From: Butyrivibrio sp.
GTDB taxonomy: Bacteria; Bacillota; Clostridia; Lachnospirales; Lachnospiraceae
Length of the DNA stretch: 64,000 nt
NCBI GenBank assembly: GCA_023665525.1
Contig: JAMPDT010000003.1
Location: 4,682 to 68,681 of the forward strand
Direction: 5' to 3'
In this document: piece after piece, positions 37,586-48,685 of the stretch
How the letters are laid out: each line of letters starts with the position of its first letter
Numbering within the stretch: the stretch's first letter is position 1
Program-made: the position numbers and the translations under genes
Notes under the pieces: generated by a model
Told to the model about the DNA's origin: nothing
Seen by the model: the letters and a program-made list of their open reading frames with translations, nothing else
Database searches by the model: none

Positions 37586-38344
37586 ATGAAACTTGACGGA
37601 AAATCCGTTGTCGTTACGGGGGCATCTTCGGGAATGGGAAAGGCAATCGTCGAACTTTTCGTAAGGGAGGGCGCGTCGGTGGTCGCGGTCGCAAGACGCA
37701 AGGAGAGGCTTGACAGCCTTGTGGAAAGCTTAAAGGACGCCCCGGGCAGGGTTGTCTCGTTTGCGGGCGACGTTTCCAAAAAAGAGGACGACGAGGCGAT
37801 GATAGATTTCGCGGTAAAGGAGTTCGGCAGGCTTGACATTCTTGTGAACAACGCCGGAGTTATGGACGATATGGCTCCGATTGCCAAGGCGTCGGATGAG
37901 AAGTACGAGTATGTGTTCGGGATCAATGTGTACGGTCCCTTCGCGGCTATGAGAAAGGCTTGCCAAGTATTCCTCGAACAGGGGAACGGAGGCAATATAA
38001 TCAACGTGTCCTCCATAGGCTCCATGCATCAGGCGGCGGGTCCCGTGTACGGGGCGAGCAAGGCGGCGCTCAACGCAATGAGCAAAAATACCGCTTTCAT
38101 GTATATGAAGGATAAAATACGCTGCAATGTCATAGCTCCGGGAGGAATCAAGACGGAGATAGGCGCGGCGATGGGTATGCCGGACGGCGAGGGCTACCAA
38201 AAGATAAGCGGCGTTCTGGGGCTTGCGCCCGAGCAGGGCGAGGCTGAGGATATAGCCAACGCGGCTCTGTTTTTGGCGAGCGACGAATCCTCGTATATCA
38301 GCGGAGTGATTATGCCCGTTGACGGAGGCTGGATTTCTTTTTAA
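37586..38344 (+). CDS. SDR family oxidoreductase
   Basis: TGASSGMG; NNAG; YGASK. Confidence 0.93.
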   Translation: MKLDGKSVVVTGASSGMGKAIVELFVREGASVVAVARRKERLDSLVESLKDAPGRVVSFAGDVSKKEDDEAMIDFAVKEFGRLDILVNNAGVMDDMAPIAKASDEKYEYVFGINVYGPFAAMRKACQVFLEQGNGGNIINVSSIGSMHQAAGPVYGASKAALNAMSKNTAFMYMKDKIRCNVIAPGGIKTEIGAAMGMPDGEGYQKISGVLGLAPEQGEAEDIANAALFLASDESSYISGVIMPVDGGWISF

Positions 38345-38353
38345 AATAAAAGC

Positions 38354-38380
38354 AATGCCCTGCCTCGGCGGGGCATTTTT
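38354..38380 (+). terminator. Intrinsic terminator
   Basis: AATGCCC/GGGCATT stem followed by TTT. Confidence 0.65.
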
Positions 38381-38397
38381 CAAGGGAGGTAATACAT

Positions 38398-40224
38398 ATG
38401 AAGGTAAAAAGGCTTTTGGCGGCGGCTCTTGCGCTGTCGCTTGCTTTCGGAACGGCGCTTTCGGCGGCTGCGTGCGGCAAGACGGAGGAGCCGGCGAAGA
38501 GCCCGACGGACAGCGGCTCGGACGCCGAAACGGAGTCGGCGGCGGGCGGCGGCGAGAACACGGAAAGCACGGGCTCGCTTGCTTTTGTCAAGGAAATGGG
38601 CAACGGAATTAATCTCGGGAACACCATGGAGGCTTACGGCGCGCGCGACAAGGGCACGGAGCTTGCGGTCAAGCTTTACGAAACCTCGTGGGGACAGCCC
38701 GAAACCACCAAAGAGATGATACAGGGAATGAAGTCGGCGGGCTTTGACACCATCCGCGTTCCCGTGGCGTGGACAAACGCCATGAATTACGAAAAGGGCG
38801 ATTACAAGATTGCGGACGCGTATCTTGACCGCGTCGGACAGATTATCGAATGGGCGATAGAGGCGGATATGTACGTAATCGTCAACGACCACTGGGACGG
38901 CGGCTGGTGGGGAATGTTCGGCTCCGCGACGCAGGAAACAAGGGACGCCGCAATGACGATGTACACGGAGATGTGGAAGCAGATTGCGGACAAATACAAG
39001 GATTACGACGAGCATTTGATTCTTGAGTCAGCCAACGAGGAGCTGGGAAGGAGCCTTAACGACAATTCCAACAAGCTTGCGGCGGACAGCGGCGCGCTCA
39101 CCGAAACCGAGTGCTATGAAACGACGAACAAAATAAATCAGGCGTTCGTGGATACCGTCAGAGCGTTGGGCGGAAACAATGCCGAAAGGTATCTTCTCAT
39201 AGCGGGCTTTAATACCAATATAGCCGATACCTGCAACGACAAATTTGTGATGCCGACCGATACCGCGAAGGACAGACTGCTGGTTTCGGTGCATTATTAC
39301 GACCCGTGGAGCTACTGCGGAAACGAGGAGCAGTCGGACTGGGGAATCAAATCGGAATACGAAACCATGAACAGGGAGCTTGCGAAGCTCACGAAATTCA
39401 CCGACAAGGGAATAGGCGTGGTAATCGGCGAGTACGGCGCGCTTCCCACCTCGGACGGGGAGCTTAAGAAAAATACTCCCGCATATTTTACCAATTTCAT
39501 CGACAACTGCGATAAGCTCAATCTTTGCCCCGTGCTTTGGGACAGGAGCGATTTTTACAGCAAAAAGGACTGCAAGATTGCGGACGATTGGCTCGCGGAG
39601 TTTTTCGCGGAACGGGCAAGGGAAAAGGAGGCAGCCAAGGACGAAGCCGCGCTGCTTGCCGAAATTGACGAGAGAATGGCAAAGGCGATAGAGGACGCGC
39701 CCAAGGAGAGGGAGGCGGAAACCGTTGACGCCTCGAAGGTGGAGCCCGTGGCGTGGATTATGTGGAACGGCGGAAACCTGTCGTACAGCGTCGGAGATAC
39801 CTACAACCCCTCGGACTGCTCGGGCGGGCTTAAGGCGACCGACGTAAAGGTTGACGGAGCGGGAACCTATACGGTGGGACTTGATTTTACCGAAACGGAC
39901 GGCGGCAAGGCGTCGGGCGTGACCTTCTCGGCTCTTGCGGTAGCCTACGGCGAGGATCTGTATCCCGGCTACACCATCGAGATCAAGGAGGTGCTTCTTA
40001 ACGGCGAGCCTTACGAGCTTACTGCGAAGCCCTATACCGCCTCGGACGACAAGCACTGCACAAGGGTGAACCTGATAAACGAATGGGTAAGCAGTCTGCC
40101 CGATGACGCGCGCCGCGCCGACGGGGATCTGACGGACGCGTCTCCCGTAATTATCGACAAGACGGCGTTCAACAATGTTCAGACCTTGCAGATTACCTTT
40201 GACTATGTCGCTCCTGCCGAATAA
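38398..40224 (+). CDS. GH5 endoglucanase-like lipoprotein with C-terminal accessory (CBM-like) domain
   Basis: Lipobox AAAC; GINLGNT; IRVPVAW; ESANEE; VHYY; IGEYG. Confidence 0.88.
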   Translation: MKVKRLLAAALALSLAFGTALSAAACGKTEEPAKSPTDSGSDAETESAAGGGENTESTGSLAFVKEMGNGINLGNTMEAYGARDKGTELAVKLYETSWGQPETTKEMIQGMKSAGFDTIRVPVAWTNAMNYEKGDYKIADAYLDRVGQIIEWAIEADMYVIVNDHWDGGWWGMFGSATQETRDAAMTMYTEMWKQIADKYKDYDEHLILESANEELGRSLNDNSNKLAADSGALTETECYETTNKINQAFVDTVRALGGNNAERYLLIAGFNTNIADTCNDKFVMPTDTAKDRLLVSVHYYDPWSYCGNEEQSDWGIKSEYETMNRELAKLTKFTDKGIGVVIGEYGALPTSDGELKKNTPAYFTNFIDNCDKLNLCPVLWDRSDFYSKKDCKIADDWLAEFFAERAREKEAAKDEAALLAEIDERMAKAIEDAPKEREAETVDASKVEPVAWIMWNGGNLSYSVGDTYNPSDCSGGLKATDVKVDGAGTYTVGLDFTETDGGKASGVTFSALAVAYGEDLYPGYTIEIKEVLLNGEPYELTAKPYTASDDKHCTRVNLINEWVSSLPDDARRADGDLTDASPVIIDKTAFNNVQTLQITFDYVAPAE

Positions 40225-40455
40225 TTAAATAAAATCAACCAAATAACATAAAAGACATCATTTTCCCGAGGGCATTATTCACTTATAATTACCGATAGGC
40301 ATAAAATGGTGTCTTTTTTGTGGCTGAAAGTCTTGTATTTTACGGCTTTGTGTTATAAAATTATATTTAATTATGTGTTTTGGAAGCGGCGTTTCGGCAT
40401 ACCGTTATGTGCCGACGGGCGCGGTAAAAAAGAATTTAACGAAAGGAAGCTTTTT

Positions 40456-41541
40456 ATGAAAAACTATAAAGTAACGCTGATTCCCGGCGACGGGATCGGA
40501 CCCGAAATAGTCGCCGAGGCGGTCAAGGTGCTTGACGCGGCGGGCGAAAAATTCGGATATTCTCTCGAATACACGAAAATACTTATGGGAGGCTGCTCGA
40601 TTGACGAATACGGGGTTCCGCTGACCGACGAGGCGATAGCGACCGCAAAATCGGGCGACGCCGTGCTTTTGGGAGCGGTGGGCGGCAATGTCGGCAATTC
40701 AAAATGGTACGACGTCGCGCCGAATCTCAGACCCGAGGCGGGGCTTCTCAAAATACGCAAGGAGCTGGAGCTTTTCGTGAATATGAGACCTGCGTATCTC
40801 TACGACGAGCTTAAGGAGGCGTGCCCGCTTAAGAGCGAGGTGGTGGGCGGCGGCTTCGATATGGTCATAATGAGGGAGCTTACGGGCGGACTTTATTTCG
40901 GCGAGAGATACACAAAGGAAATAGACGGGGTTGTGACGGCGGTGGACACGCTGACCTACAACGAGAACGAAATCCGCAGGATCGCCGTTAAGGCGTTCGA
41001 GATCGCGATGAAGAGGCGCAGGCTCGTGACGAGCGTGGACAAGGCTAACGTGCTTGATTCGTCAAGGCTTTGGCGCAGGGTGGTAAAGGAGGTCGCGGCG
41101 GATTATCCCGAGGTTACATATACGGATATGCTTGTGGACAACTGCGCGATGCAGCTTGTCATGAATCCGGGACAGTTCGACGTGATCCTCACCGAGAATA
41201 TGTTCGGCGACATACTTTCGGACGAGGCGAGCATGATTACAGGCTCGATAGGAATGCTCTCAAGCGCGAGCCTCGGCAGAACAAAGCTCGGGCTTTACGA
41301 GCCGTCGCACGGCTCCGCACCCGACATAGCGGGCAAAAATATTGCCAATCCCATCGCGACAATTCTTTCGGCGGCAATGATGTTACGGTACTCCTTTGAT
41401 TTGGACGGGGCGGCGGACGCGATAGAAAACGCGGTGGCGCGGGTTTTGAAGGACGGATACAGGACGACGGATATTATGTCGGACGGCATGACGCTTGTCG
41501 GCACCGACAGAATGGGCGATTTAATAAAAGAAAGGTTATAG
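40456..41541 (+). CDS. leuB: 3-isopropylmalate dehydrogenase
   Basis: PGDGIGPE; RELTGG; NMFGDILSD; [10 protein letters not shown]. Confidence 0.96.
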   Translation: MKNYKVTLIPGDGIGPEIVAEAVKVLDAAGEKFGYSLEYTKILMGGCSIDEYGVPLTDEAIATAKSGDAVLLGAVGGNVGNSKWYDVAPNLRPEAGLLKIRKELELFVNMRPAYLYDELKEACPLKSEVVGGGFDMVIMRELTGGLYFGERYTKEIDGVVTAVDTLTYNENEIRRIAVKAFEIAMKRRRLVTSVDKANVLDSSRLWRRVVKEVAADYPEVTYTDMLVDNCAMQLVMNPGQFDVILTENMFGDILSDEASMITGSIGMLSSASLGRTKLGLYEPSHGSAPDIAGKNIANPIATILSAAMMLRYSFDLDGAADAIENAVARVLKDGYRTTDIMSDGMTLVGTDRMGDLIKERL

Positions 41542-41548
41542 GGTGATA

Positions 41549-43216
41549 ATGATGAAAAGTGATGCGGTTAAGACAGGAGCGGCACAGGCTCCCCACAGGT
41601 CCTTGTTCAACGCTTTGGGGCTTACGGCGGAGGAGCTGTCAAAGCCGCTTGTGGGAATTGTAAGCTCACAGAGCGAGATTATTCCGGGACATATGAATCT
41701 TGATAAAATCGTCGAGGCGGTAAAGCTCGGCGTGGCAATGGCGGGAGGAACGCCGATAGTGGTTCCCGCAATCGCCGTATGCGACGGCATAGCGATGGGA
41801 CATATCGGAATGAAATATTCCCTCGTCACGAGAGATCTGATCGCCGATTCCACGGAGTGCCTCGCGACGGCGCACCAATTCGACGCGCTTGTAATGGTTC
41901 CCAACTGCGACAAAAACGTGCCGGGGCTTCTTATGGCGGCGGCGCGAATCAACGTGCCCACCGTATTTGTGAGCGGCGGACCCATGCTTGCGGGTCATGT
42001 AAAGGGCTGCAAGACCAGCCTTTCGAGTATGTTCGAGGCGGTGGGAGCCTATTCCGCAGGCAAAATAACCGCCGAGGAGCTTGACGAGTACGAGAACAAC
42101 GCGTGTCCCACCTGCGGCTCCTGCTCGGGAATGTACACTGCCAACAGCATGAACTGCCTTACCGAGGCAATCGGTATGGGGCTTAAGGGCAACGGCACAA
42201 TACCAGCCGTGTATTCGGACAGGATCAAGCTTGCCAAGCACGCGGGAATGAAGGTTATGGAGCTTTTGGAAAAAAATATAAGACCGCTTGACATTATGAC
42301 CGAGGAGGCGTTTATGAACGCCCTGACGGTCGATATGGCGCTCGGCTGCTCGACCAATACAATGCTTCATCTTCCCGCAATCGCGAGGGAGGCGGGCGTT
42401 TCGATCAATCTTGACATTGCCAACGAGATAAGCGCGAAAACTCCCAATCTCTGTCACCTTGCTCCGGCGGGACATACCTATATGGAGGAGCTTAACGAGG
42501 CGGGCGGAATCTATGCGGTTATGAACGAGCTTTCCAAGAAAGACTTGTTAAATCTTGACTTAATAACGGCGACGGGAAAGACCGTCGGCGAGAACATAAA
42601 GGACTGCGCAAACAAAAATACCGAGGTCATAAGACCGATAGACAATCCTTACAGCGAGACGGGCGGTATAGCGGTTCTGCGCGGCAACATAGCTCCCGAC
42701 TCCTGCGTGGTCAAGCGCTCTGCGGTAGTGCCCGAGATGCTTGTGCATGAGGGTCCCGCAAGAGTTTTCGACTGTGAGGAGGACGCGATTGAGGCGATAA
42801 AGGGAGGCAGAATCGTATCGGGCGACGTGGTTGTCATAAGATACGAGGGTCCCAAGGGAGGTCCTGGTATGAGAGAGATGCTCAATCCCACGTCGGCTAT
42901 TGCGGGTATGGGACTTGGCTCAAGCGTCGCGCTTATAACGGACGGACGCTTTTCGGGCGCGTCCAGAGGCGCGTCGATCGGTCATATTTCGCCCGAGGCG
43001 GCGGTCGGAGGACCTATCGCCCTGATCGAGGAGGGCGATGTCATAAGCATTGATATACCTGCGAATACGATAAACGTAAGGCTTGACGAGGAAACGCTCG
43101 CCGCCCGCAGGGCGAAATGGCAGCCCAAGGAGCCGAAGGTTACGACGGGCTATCTTGCGCGTTACGCGAAAATGGTAACGTCGGCGGATAAGGGCGCGGT
43201 TTTGGAAATACAATAG
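41549..43216 (+). CDS. ilvD: Dihydroxy-acid dehydratase
   Basis: VCDGIAMGH; NCDK; GMYTAN; EGPKGGPGM; TDGRFSG. Start may be 41552. Confidence 0.97.
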   Translation: MMKSDAVKTGAAQAPHRSLFNALGLTAEELSKPLVGIVSSQSEIIPGHMNLDKIVEAVKLGVAMAGGTPIVVPAIAVCDGIAMGHIGMKYSLVTRDLIADSTECLATAHQFDALVMVPNCDKNVPGLLMAAARINVPTVFVSGGPMLAGHVKGCKTSLSSMFEAVGAYSAGKITAEELDEYENNACPTCGSCSGMYTANSMNCLTEAIGMGLKGNGTIPAVYSDRIKLAKHAGMKVMELLEKNIRPLDIMTEEAFMNALTVDMALGCSTNTMLHLPAIAREAGVSINLDIANEISAKTPNLCHLAPAGHTYMEELNEAGGIYAVMNELSKKDLLNLDLITATGKTVGENIKDCANKNTEVIRPIDNPYSETGGIAVLRGNIAPDSCVVKRSAVVPEMLVHEGPARVFDCEEDAIEAIKGGRIVSGDVVVIRYEGPKGGPGMREMLNPTSAIAGMGLGSSVALITDGRFSGASRGASIGHISPEAAVGGPIALIEEGDVISIDIPANTINVRLDEETLAARRAKWQPKEPKVTTGYLARYAKMVTSADKGAVLEIQ

Positions 43217-43230
43217 GGTTGGAGAAAAAT

Positions 43231-44895
43231 ATGCAGCTTACAGGTTCACAGATTTTAATCGAATGCTTGAAGGAGCAGGGCGTTGATACCGTTTTCGGCT
43301 ATCCCGGGGGCGCGATTTTGAACGTATACGACGAGCTTTACAAGCATTCCTCGGAGATAACCCATATTTTGACCTCGCACGAGCAGGGCGCGGCGCACGC
43401 GGCGGACGGCTACGCGAGAGCCACGGGAAAGGTCGGGGTATGCCTCGCGACCTCGGGACCGGGAGCGACCAATCTCGTTACGGGAATCGCGACGGCATAT
43501 ATGGATTCGGTTCCGATGGTTGCGGTTACCTGCAATGTCGGAGTGCCGCTTCTCGGAAAGGACAGCTTTCAGGAGATAGACATAGTGGGAGTTACGCTTC
43601 CGATTACAAAGCATAATTATATTGTCAAGGACGTTGCAATGCTCGCGGATATTATCAGGGACGCGTTCAGAATTGCGGCGAGCGGCAGACCGGGTCCCGT
43701 GCTTGTGGACATACCCAAGGACGTGACGGCTCAGAGCGCAGAATACACCGCAAAGGCTCCCGTTAAAATAACGAGGGATAAATCGGGAATTACGCCCGAG
43801 GCGGTAAACACCGCGGCGGATATGATCAAAAAATCCGAGAAGCCCTTTGTTTTCGTCGGAGGAGGGGCGGTCATAGCGGGCGCGAGCGCGGAGCTTGCCG
43901 AGTTTGTCGCGAAAATCGACGCTCCCGTTGCGGATTCCCTTATGGGAAAGGGCGCGTACAACGGAACGTCGGACAATTACACGGGAATGCTCGGAATGCA
44001 CGGCACCAAGGCGTCAAATTTCGGCGTTATGGAGTGCGACCTTTTAATTGTGGTCGGAGCTAGATTTTCCGACCGCGTGACGGGGGACACGGCAAAATTT
44101 GCTCCCAACGCGAAAATACTCCAGCTTGACATAGATCCCGCCGAAATCAACAAGAATATCCGCGTTGATGCCTGCATTATCGGCGATATAAAGGATATAC
44201 TGCGCGCGCTCAACGCCAATTTGGGAAGCTTTGAGCATAAGGAATGGCAGAAGCGTATAGCGGATCTTAAGGCGGATTATCCGCTCAAATACGACAAAAG
44301 CAGGCTCACGGGTCCCTATATCGCGGAAAAGCTTTATGAGGTGACAAAGGGGAACGCTCTTATCGCGACGGAGGTCGGACAGCACCAGATGTGGGTGGCG
44401 CAGTATTACAAGTACCGCGAGCCACGCACGCTCATAACCTCGGGCGGCTTGGGAACAATGGGATACGGGCTCGGAGCCGCGATCGGAGCCAAAATGGGGC
44501 GTAAGGACAAAATCGTCGTAAACGTTGCGGGCGACGGGTGCTTCAGAATGAATATGAACGAGCTTGCGACCGCCGTAAGGCATAATATCCCGATTATAGA
44601 AATCGTCGTGAACAACCATGTCCTCGGAATGGTGCGCCAGTGGCAGACGCTTTATTACGGGGAGCGCTATTCGTATACCGTCCTAAACGACGGCGTTGAC
44701 TATGTAAAGCTTGCCGAGGCGATGGGGGCGAGGGCGTTCCGCGTTGCCCGCGCGGAGGAATTTGAGCCCGCGCTCCGCGAGGCGATAGAGCTTAATATTC
44801 CCTGTCTCATCGACTGCGTTATTGAAAAGGACGATAAGGTAATGCCCATGGTTTCGCCGGGCGCGTCGCTGGCGGATACCTTCGACGATATTTAA
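43231..44895 (+). CDS. ilvB: Acetolactate synthase large subunit
   Basis: FGYPGG; TSGPGATN; GMHG; GQHQMW; GDGCF..N. Confidence 0.96.
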   Translation: MQLTGSQILIECLKEQGVDTVFGYPGGAILNVYDELYKHSSEITHILTSHEQGAAHAADGYARATGKVGVCLATSGPGATNLVTGIATAYMDSVPMVAVTCNVGVPLLGKDSFQEIDIVGVTLPITKHNYIVKDVAMLADIIRDAFRIAASGRPGPVLVDIPKDVTAQSAEYTAKAPVKITRDKSGITPEAVNTAADMIKKSEKPFVFVGGGAVIAGASAELAEFVAKIDAPVADSLMGKGAYNGTSDNYTGMLGMHGTKASNFGVMECDLLIVVGARFSDRVTGDTAKFAPNAKILQLDIDPAEINKNIRVDACIIGDIKDILRALNANLGSFEHKEWQKRIADLKADYPLKYDKSRLTGPYIAEKLYEVTKGNALIATEVGQHQMWVAQYYKYREPRTLITSGGLGTMGYGLGAAIGAKMGRKDKIVVNVAGDGCFRMNMNELATAVRHNIPIIEIVVNNHVLGMVRQWQTLYYGERYSYTVLNDGVDYVKLAEAMGARAFRVARAEEFEPALREAIELNIPCLIDCVIEKDDKVMPMVSPGASLADTFDDI

Positions 44896-44916
44896 AATTG
44901 AAAAAGGAGTCTGCGT

Positions 44917-47007
44917 ATGGGAGGGAGTTCTTTTTTCGGTAAAATGCCGAGAAGCGCGGTTTTTGCGGTATGTAGCCTTGCGGCGTGCGTCCTTGCGGAA
45001 ATCTTCATCTTTAACATGAATTTTATGCATCTCTGGGGACGGGATTACAAAGAAACCGTCCTCCCTCTTGCGCAGGCGCACACCGTTAATTTTGATACGG
45101 ACAGCGGCTTAAGCACGGGCGGCAAAACGGTTATCGAATTTGACGAGGTCGGCATTCCCGTCGGCACGCTTTCTTTGGACGCGGCGCTTATAGGCATGGA
45201 TACGCTCCACATAAGCATTGACGCGGCGGACGATACGAACGCGGAATACAGATACGGGATTGCAGAGCTTGATATTATCAAGGGCAATAAAAAAAGCTGC
45301 ACAATTCCCCTCAATCTTTCGGGAAACGTGCATAAGCTGAGGCTTTCCTTTTCGGCGGAGGATAACTGCGCCGTCGGAATATCCGAGATAACGCTCAACA
45401 AGCCGATCGGGCTTCATTTTTCGCCCGTCAGGGTGCTTTTGATATGGGCGGGAATTATTTTTATATATTTGATGACGGCGTCGAAGCTGTTCAAAACGCC
45501 GTTTGAGGATAATGCCGCGTGCGTGAAAATATGCGCCTACGCGCTTACGGCGGTTCTGATACTCACGGCGCTTATGCTTACGAATTCGGTCAGGTGGGCG
45601 ACCTCGGGCAATACGCTTGCCGACGATTTTACGCAGACCTCGGGCAACCAGATTACGCAGGAAATCGTTGACGCATTTGAGGCGGGGCGCGCCGATTTGC
45701 TCATAGATATGAACGAGGAGCTTTTAAAGCTCGACAATCCTTACGATTGGAGCCAGCGCGGCGGCATTGGGAGCTATCCGTGGGATCATCTTCTTTATAA
45801 CGGGAAATATTATTCCTATTACGGCGTGGCTCCCGTGCTTGCGCTGTTTTTGCCGTACCACAAGCTGACGGGCTTTTATTTTCCGTCCGTGTGGGCTATA
45901 TGGCTTTTCGGCTGTATCGGTATCTTTTTCCTCACCAAAACCTATCTCTGCATTATGCGCAAATTTATGGGAAAAACAAGGTCCTCCCTGGTGCTTATGG
46001 GACTGCTTATGACGCAGCTTGTAAGCGGGATCTGGTTCTGCTTCAATCTCAAAAACTTCTACGAGATAGCGCAGACCTGCGGCTTTGCGTGCGTGACCGC
46101 GGGAGCGTATTTCCTGATAAGCTCCAACGTTGTGGGCGAGGGAAAAATAAGCGCCGCAAGGCTTGCGGCGGCTACGGCGTTTTTAAGCCTCGGCGTGCTC
46201 TCAAGACCGACCTTGGCGGTCTACTGCGTGGCGGCGCTTATTTTCGTATACGCGGGCTTTAAAAAAAAGAAAGCGCTTTACGTCGGCGGCAGCAAGGCGA
46301 AATATTATATCCCCTACTTCCTTTGCGCGCTCTTGCCGTTCGTGCTGTTCGGCGGCTTCCAAATGTACTATAATTACGTGCGCTTCGGCTCGTTCTTTGA
46401 CTTCGGCATACAGTATTCGCTGACCATAAACGATTTTACGAGGGCGGAGTACCACACGCATTTTGTGCTGATCGGCTTTTGGAACTATCTTTTGGCGTTA
46501 CCCTCGTTCAGTCAGGATTTCCCGTTTATAATACCGTCGTCGGTGGATACCTTTCATCCGAACGGCTATTATTTCGTGGCGACGGCAAGCGCGATAGGCC
46601 TGCTTTGGAAGGCTCTGCCGCTTTTTTCCTACGGCTGCGGCTTTAAGGCGTACCGCCAAAGCGCCTGTAAGGAAAAAAGGCTGTACGCTCTTATGATCGC
46701 GGCTTCCTGCCTGCTTGCCCCCGCGGTGATAATCGCCTCGATATGGGAGAGCGGCTACGGCGCGCGCTACTGCGTGGATTTTGCGTGGCAGCTTCTTACG
46801 GGCGCGCTCCTAATCGCCTTTACGGTTTACGGCAGGGCGGGAGAAAATACAAAAAAGCACCTCAACAACCTTATGGCGCTGTCCTGCGTTATATGCGGTG
46901 CGCTTACGGCATCGCAGACGATTGCGTGGGTGCTTGGCGGAAGCATGACCTCGGAGGGCAGGCAGCTTTTGCTGTCCTTCGGGAGGCTGTGGGAATTTTG
47001 GAGATGA
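44917..47007 (+). CDS. Large polytopic membrane protein, possibly GT-C glycosyltransferase-like
   Basis: ~12 TM with extracytoplasmic loops; WD..LYNGKYYSYYG..P; RY.VDF. Confidence 0.6.
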   Translation: MGGSSFFGKMPRSAVFAVCSLAACVLAEIFIFNMNFMHLWGRDYKETVLPLAQAHTVNFDTDSGLSTGGKTVIEFDEVGIPVGTLSLDAALIGMDTLHISIDAADDTNAEYRYGIAELDIIKGNKKSCTIPLNLSGNVHKLRLSFSAEDNCAVGISEITLNKPIGLHFSPVRVLLIWAGIIFIYLMTASKLFKTPFEDNAACVKICAYALTAVLILTALMLTNSVRWATSGNTLADDFTQTSGNQITQEIVDAFEAGRADLLIDMNEELLKLDNPYDWSQRGGIGSYPWDHLLYNGKYYSYYGVAPVLALFLPYHKLTGFYFPSVWAIWLFGCIGIFFLTKTYLCIMRKFMGKTRSSLVLMGLLMTQLVSGIWFCFNLKNFYEIAQTCGFACVTAGAYFLISSNVVGEGKISAARLAAATAFLSLGVLSRPTLAVYCVAALIFVYAGFKKKKALYVGGSKAKYYIPYFLCALLPFVLFGGFQMYYNYVRFGSFFDFGIQYSLTINDFTRAEYHTHFVLIGFWNYLLALPSFSQDFPFIIPSSVDTFHPNGYYFVATASAIGLLWKALPLFSYGCGFKAYRQSACKEKRLYALMIAASCLLAPAVIIASIWESGYGARYCVDFAWQLLTGALLIAFTVYGRAGENTKKHLNNLMALSCVICGALTASQTIAWVLGGSMTSEGRQLLLSFGRLWEFWR

Positions 47008-47014
47008 AAACGCT

Positions 47015-47617
47015 TCAGTCCTCCCAAGCGCGGATCCTGTATTTTGCGCCGATGCGTTCGCATATTCCGCGGCATTCCTCCTCCTCATCGGGAGAAATGG
47101 TGGTCGCGACGGTGGTCATAACCACGTTCGGAACGTATTTTACCGCGCTTTTTGCAAAATCAAGCATAGCGTCAAAGGAGCCTATCCCGAAGCGGCTGCG
47201 CGTAAGCTCGTGGTAGCGCTCCCTGTTCGGCGTGTTAAGGCTTATTGATACGGTGTCGATAAGTCCCTCCATATCGGGGCAGATGTCCCTGTTGTTTATC
47301 AGGCTTCCCAGCCCGTTGGTATTGATTCTTGTTTTCTTGCCGTAGGTATCCTTTACATAACGTGCGGTCCGCAAAACGGCGTCCATTCTCTCCGTCGGCT
47401 CGCCGAAGCCGCAGAACACCACCTCGTTAAATTCGTCCATATTGAAGTTCTCAAACTCCGCGAGTATTTCCTCGACCGACGGCTCGCGCTCCAGCCAAAG
47501 CGTGCCCGAGCCCTCCATGCTGTCCCTTGTCTGCCGCAGGCAGAAGGTGCAGGCGCAGGGACATTTGTTGGTCAGATTGACATAGAGATTATTGTGTACC
47601 TTATACAAAACAGTCAT
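47015..47617 (-). CDS. TatD-associated radical SAM protein (TIGR04100-like)
   Basis: YVNLTNKCPCACTFC (CxxxCxxC); VFCGFGEPT. Confidence 0.88.
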   Translation of the reverse strand: MTVLYKVHNNLYVNLTNKCPCACTFCLRQTRDSMEGSGTLWLEREPSVEEILAEFENFNMDEFNEVVFCGFGEPTERMDAVLRTARYVKDTYGKKTRINTNGLGSLINNRDICPDMEGLIDTVSISLNTPNRERYHELTRSRFGIGSFDAMLDFAKSAVKYVPNVVMTTVATTISPDEEEECRGICERIGAKYRIRAWED

Positions 47618-47652
47618 TTCTTAAATTCTCCTTTAATATTTCTGTGGGCGTT

Positions 47653-48492
47653 TTATTTTAGCTCGTGCAAAATCTCCTCAAAGCATACGCCGTCCGTGGG
47701 CGGTATGTCAAATTCCTCCGTGACACGTATGCATTTTTTTACAAAGGCGGACGCTCTGCGCACCGCCGTCACAAAGTCGGTTCGGCGCACGCTTTCGGCG
47801 GCGATTATCGCGGAGAATACGTCGCCGGTCCCCGAGCGCTCGTGCCCTATGCGCTTCTGCTTAAGAAGCAGAGGCTTGCCGCCGCGCTCGCACACGGCGT
47901 TGACTATGAACGACCCCATGCTTATCCCCGAAATCACGATTTTGTCCGCGCCCGTGTCAAGCAGCCTTTCGCAAAGCGCGCGGTAGTCCGAGGCGGTAAA
48001 GCTTTCCGGCATATATGGAGTGTCGGTGAGTATGCACGCCTCCGTCAGATTCGGCGTGAGTATGTCGGCGTGGCACACCAGCTCCTTCATACGCTCGCAC
48101 ATATCGGCGGTATAGGTGGGGTAGGGCTTGCCGTTGTCGCCCATAACGGGGTCGATTATAATATTCGTTTCCTCGTCCCCGAAATCCTCTATGAACCTGT
48201 GGACGGTTTCAATCTGCCCCGCCGAGCCGAGAAAGCCCGTCAGAATCCCGTCGAAGCGAAGCCCCAGCTTCGCCCATTCGTCGATATACGCCTGCATTTT
48301 ATCGGTGTAATCGTCAAAAAAGTACGACTCAAAGCCCGTGTGGTCCGAAAAAATCGAGGTCGGAACGGGACAGCACTGGATCCGAAGCTGTGAGATTATC
48401 GGCATCGCCACCGCCAGCGAGCACCTGCCGAAGCCCGTGTAATCGTTGATAACCGCTATTTTTTTCTGTTTGTTATGATCGGTCATATTCAT
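47653..48492 (-). CDS. Pyridoxamine/pyridoxal kinase
   Basis: GRCSL; DPVMGD; TPNLTEA; GTGDVF. Confidence 0.9.
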   Translation of the reverse strand: MNMTDHNKQKKIAVINDYTGFGRCSLAVAMPIISQLRIQCCPVPTSIFSDHTGFESYFFDDYTDKMQAYIDEWAKLGLRFDGILTGFLGSAGQIETVHRFIEDFGDEETNIIIDPVMGDNGKPYPTYTADMCERMKELVCHADILTPNLTEACILTDTPYMPESFTASDYRALCERLLDTGADKIVISGISMGSFIVNAVCERGGKPLLLKQKRIGHERSGTGDVFSAIIAAESVRRTDFVTAVRRASAFVKKCIRVTEEFDIPPTDGVCFEEILHELK

Positions 48493-48618
48493 AGCTCATA
48501 ATCATAGCACAAAAGCTGGAATATGTAAAATAGCCAGTTTGAATAATTAGGAGCATACCAGACGGGATTCGGATCGGAATGATGTATAATAAAAGATACT
48601 ATACGTGAAAAATAAAAC

Positions 48619-48649
48619 TTGACAAATCAGAGTGAGCGTAATATAGAAT
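48619..48649 (+). promoter_or_regulatory. SigA promoter of the LytTR gene
   Basis: TTGACA-17-TATAGA. Confidence 0.55.
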
Positions 48650-48685
48650 AAAAAAAGATATACTTACATTTGAGGAGAAGCGAAA

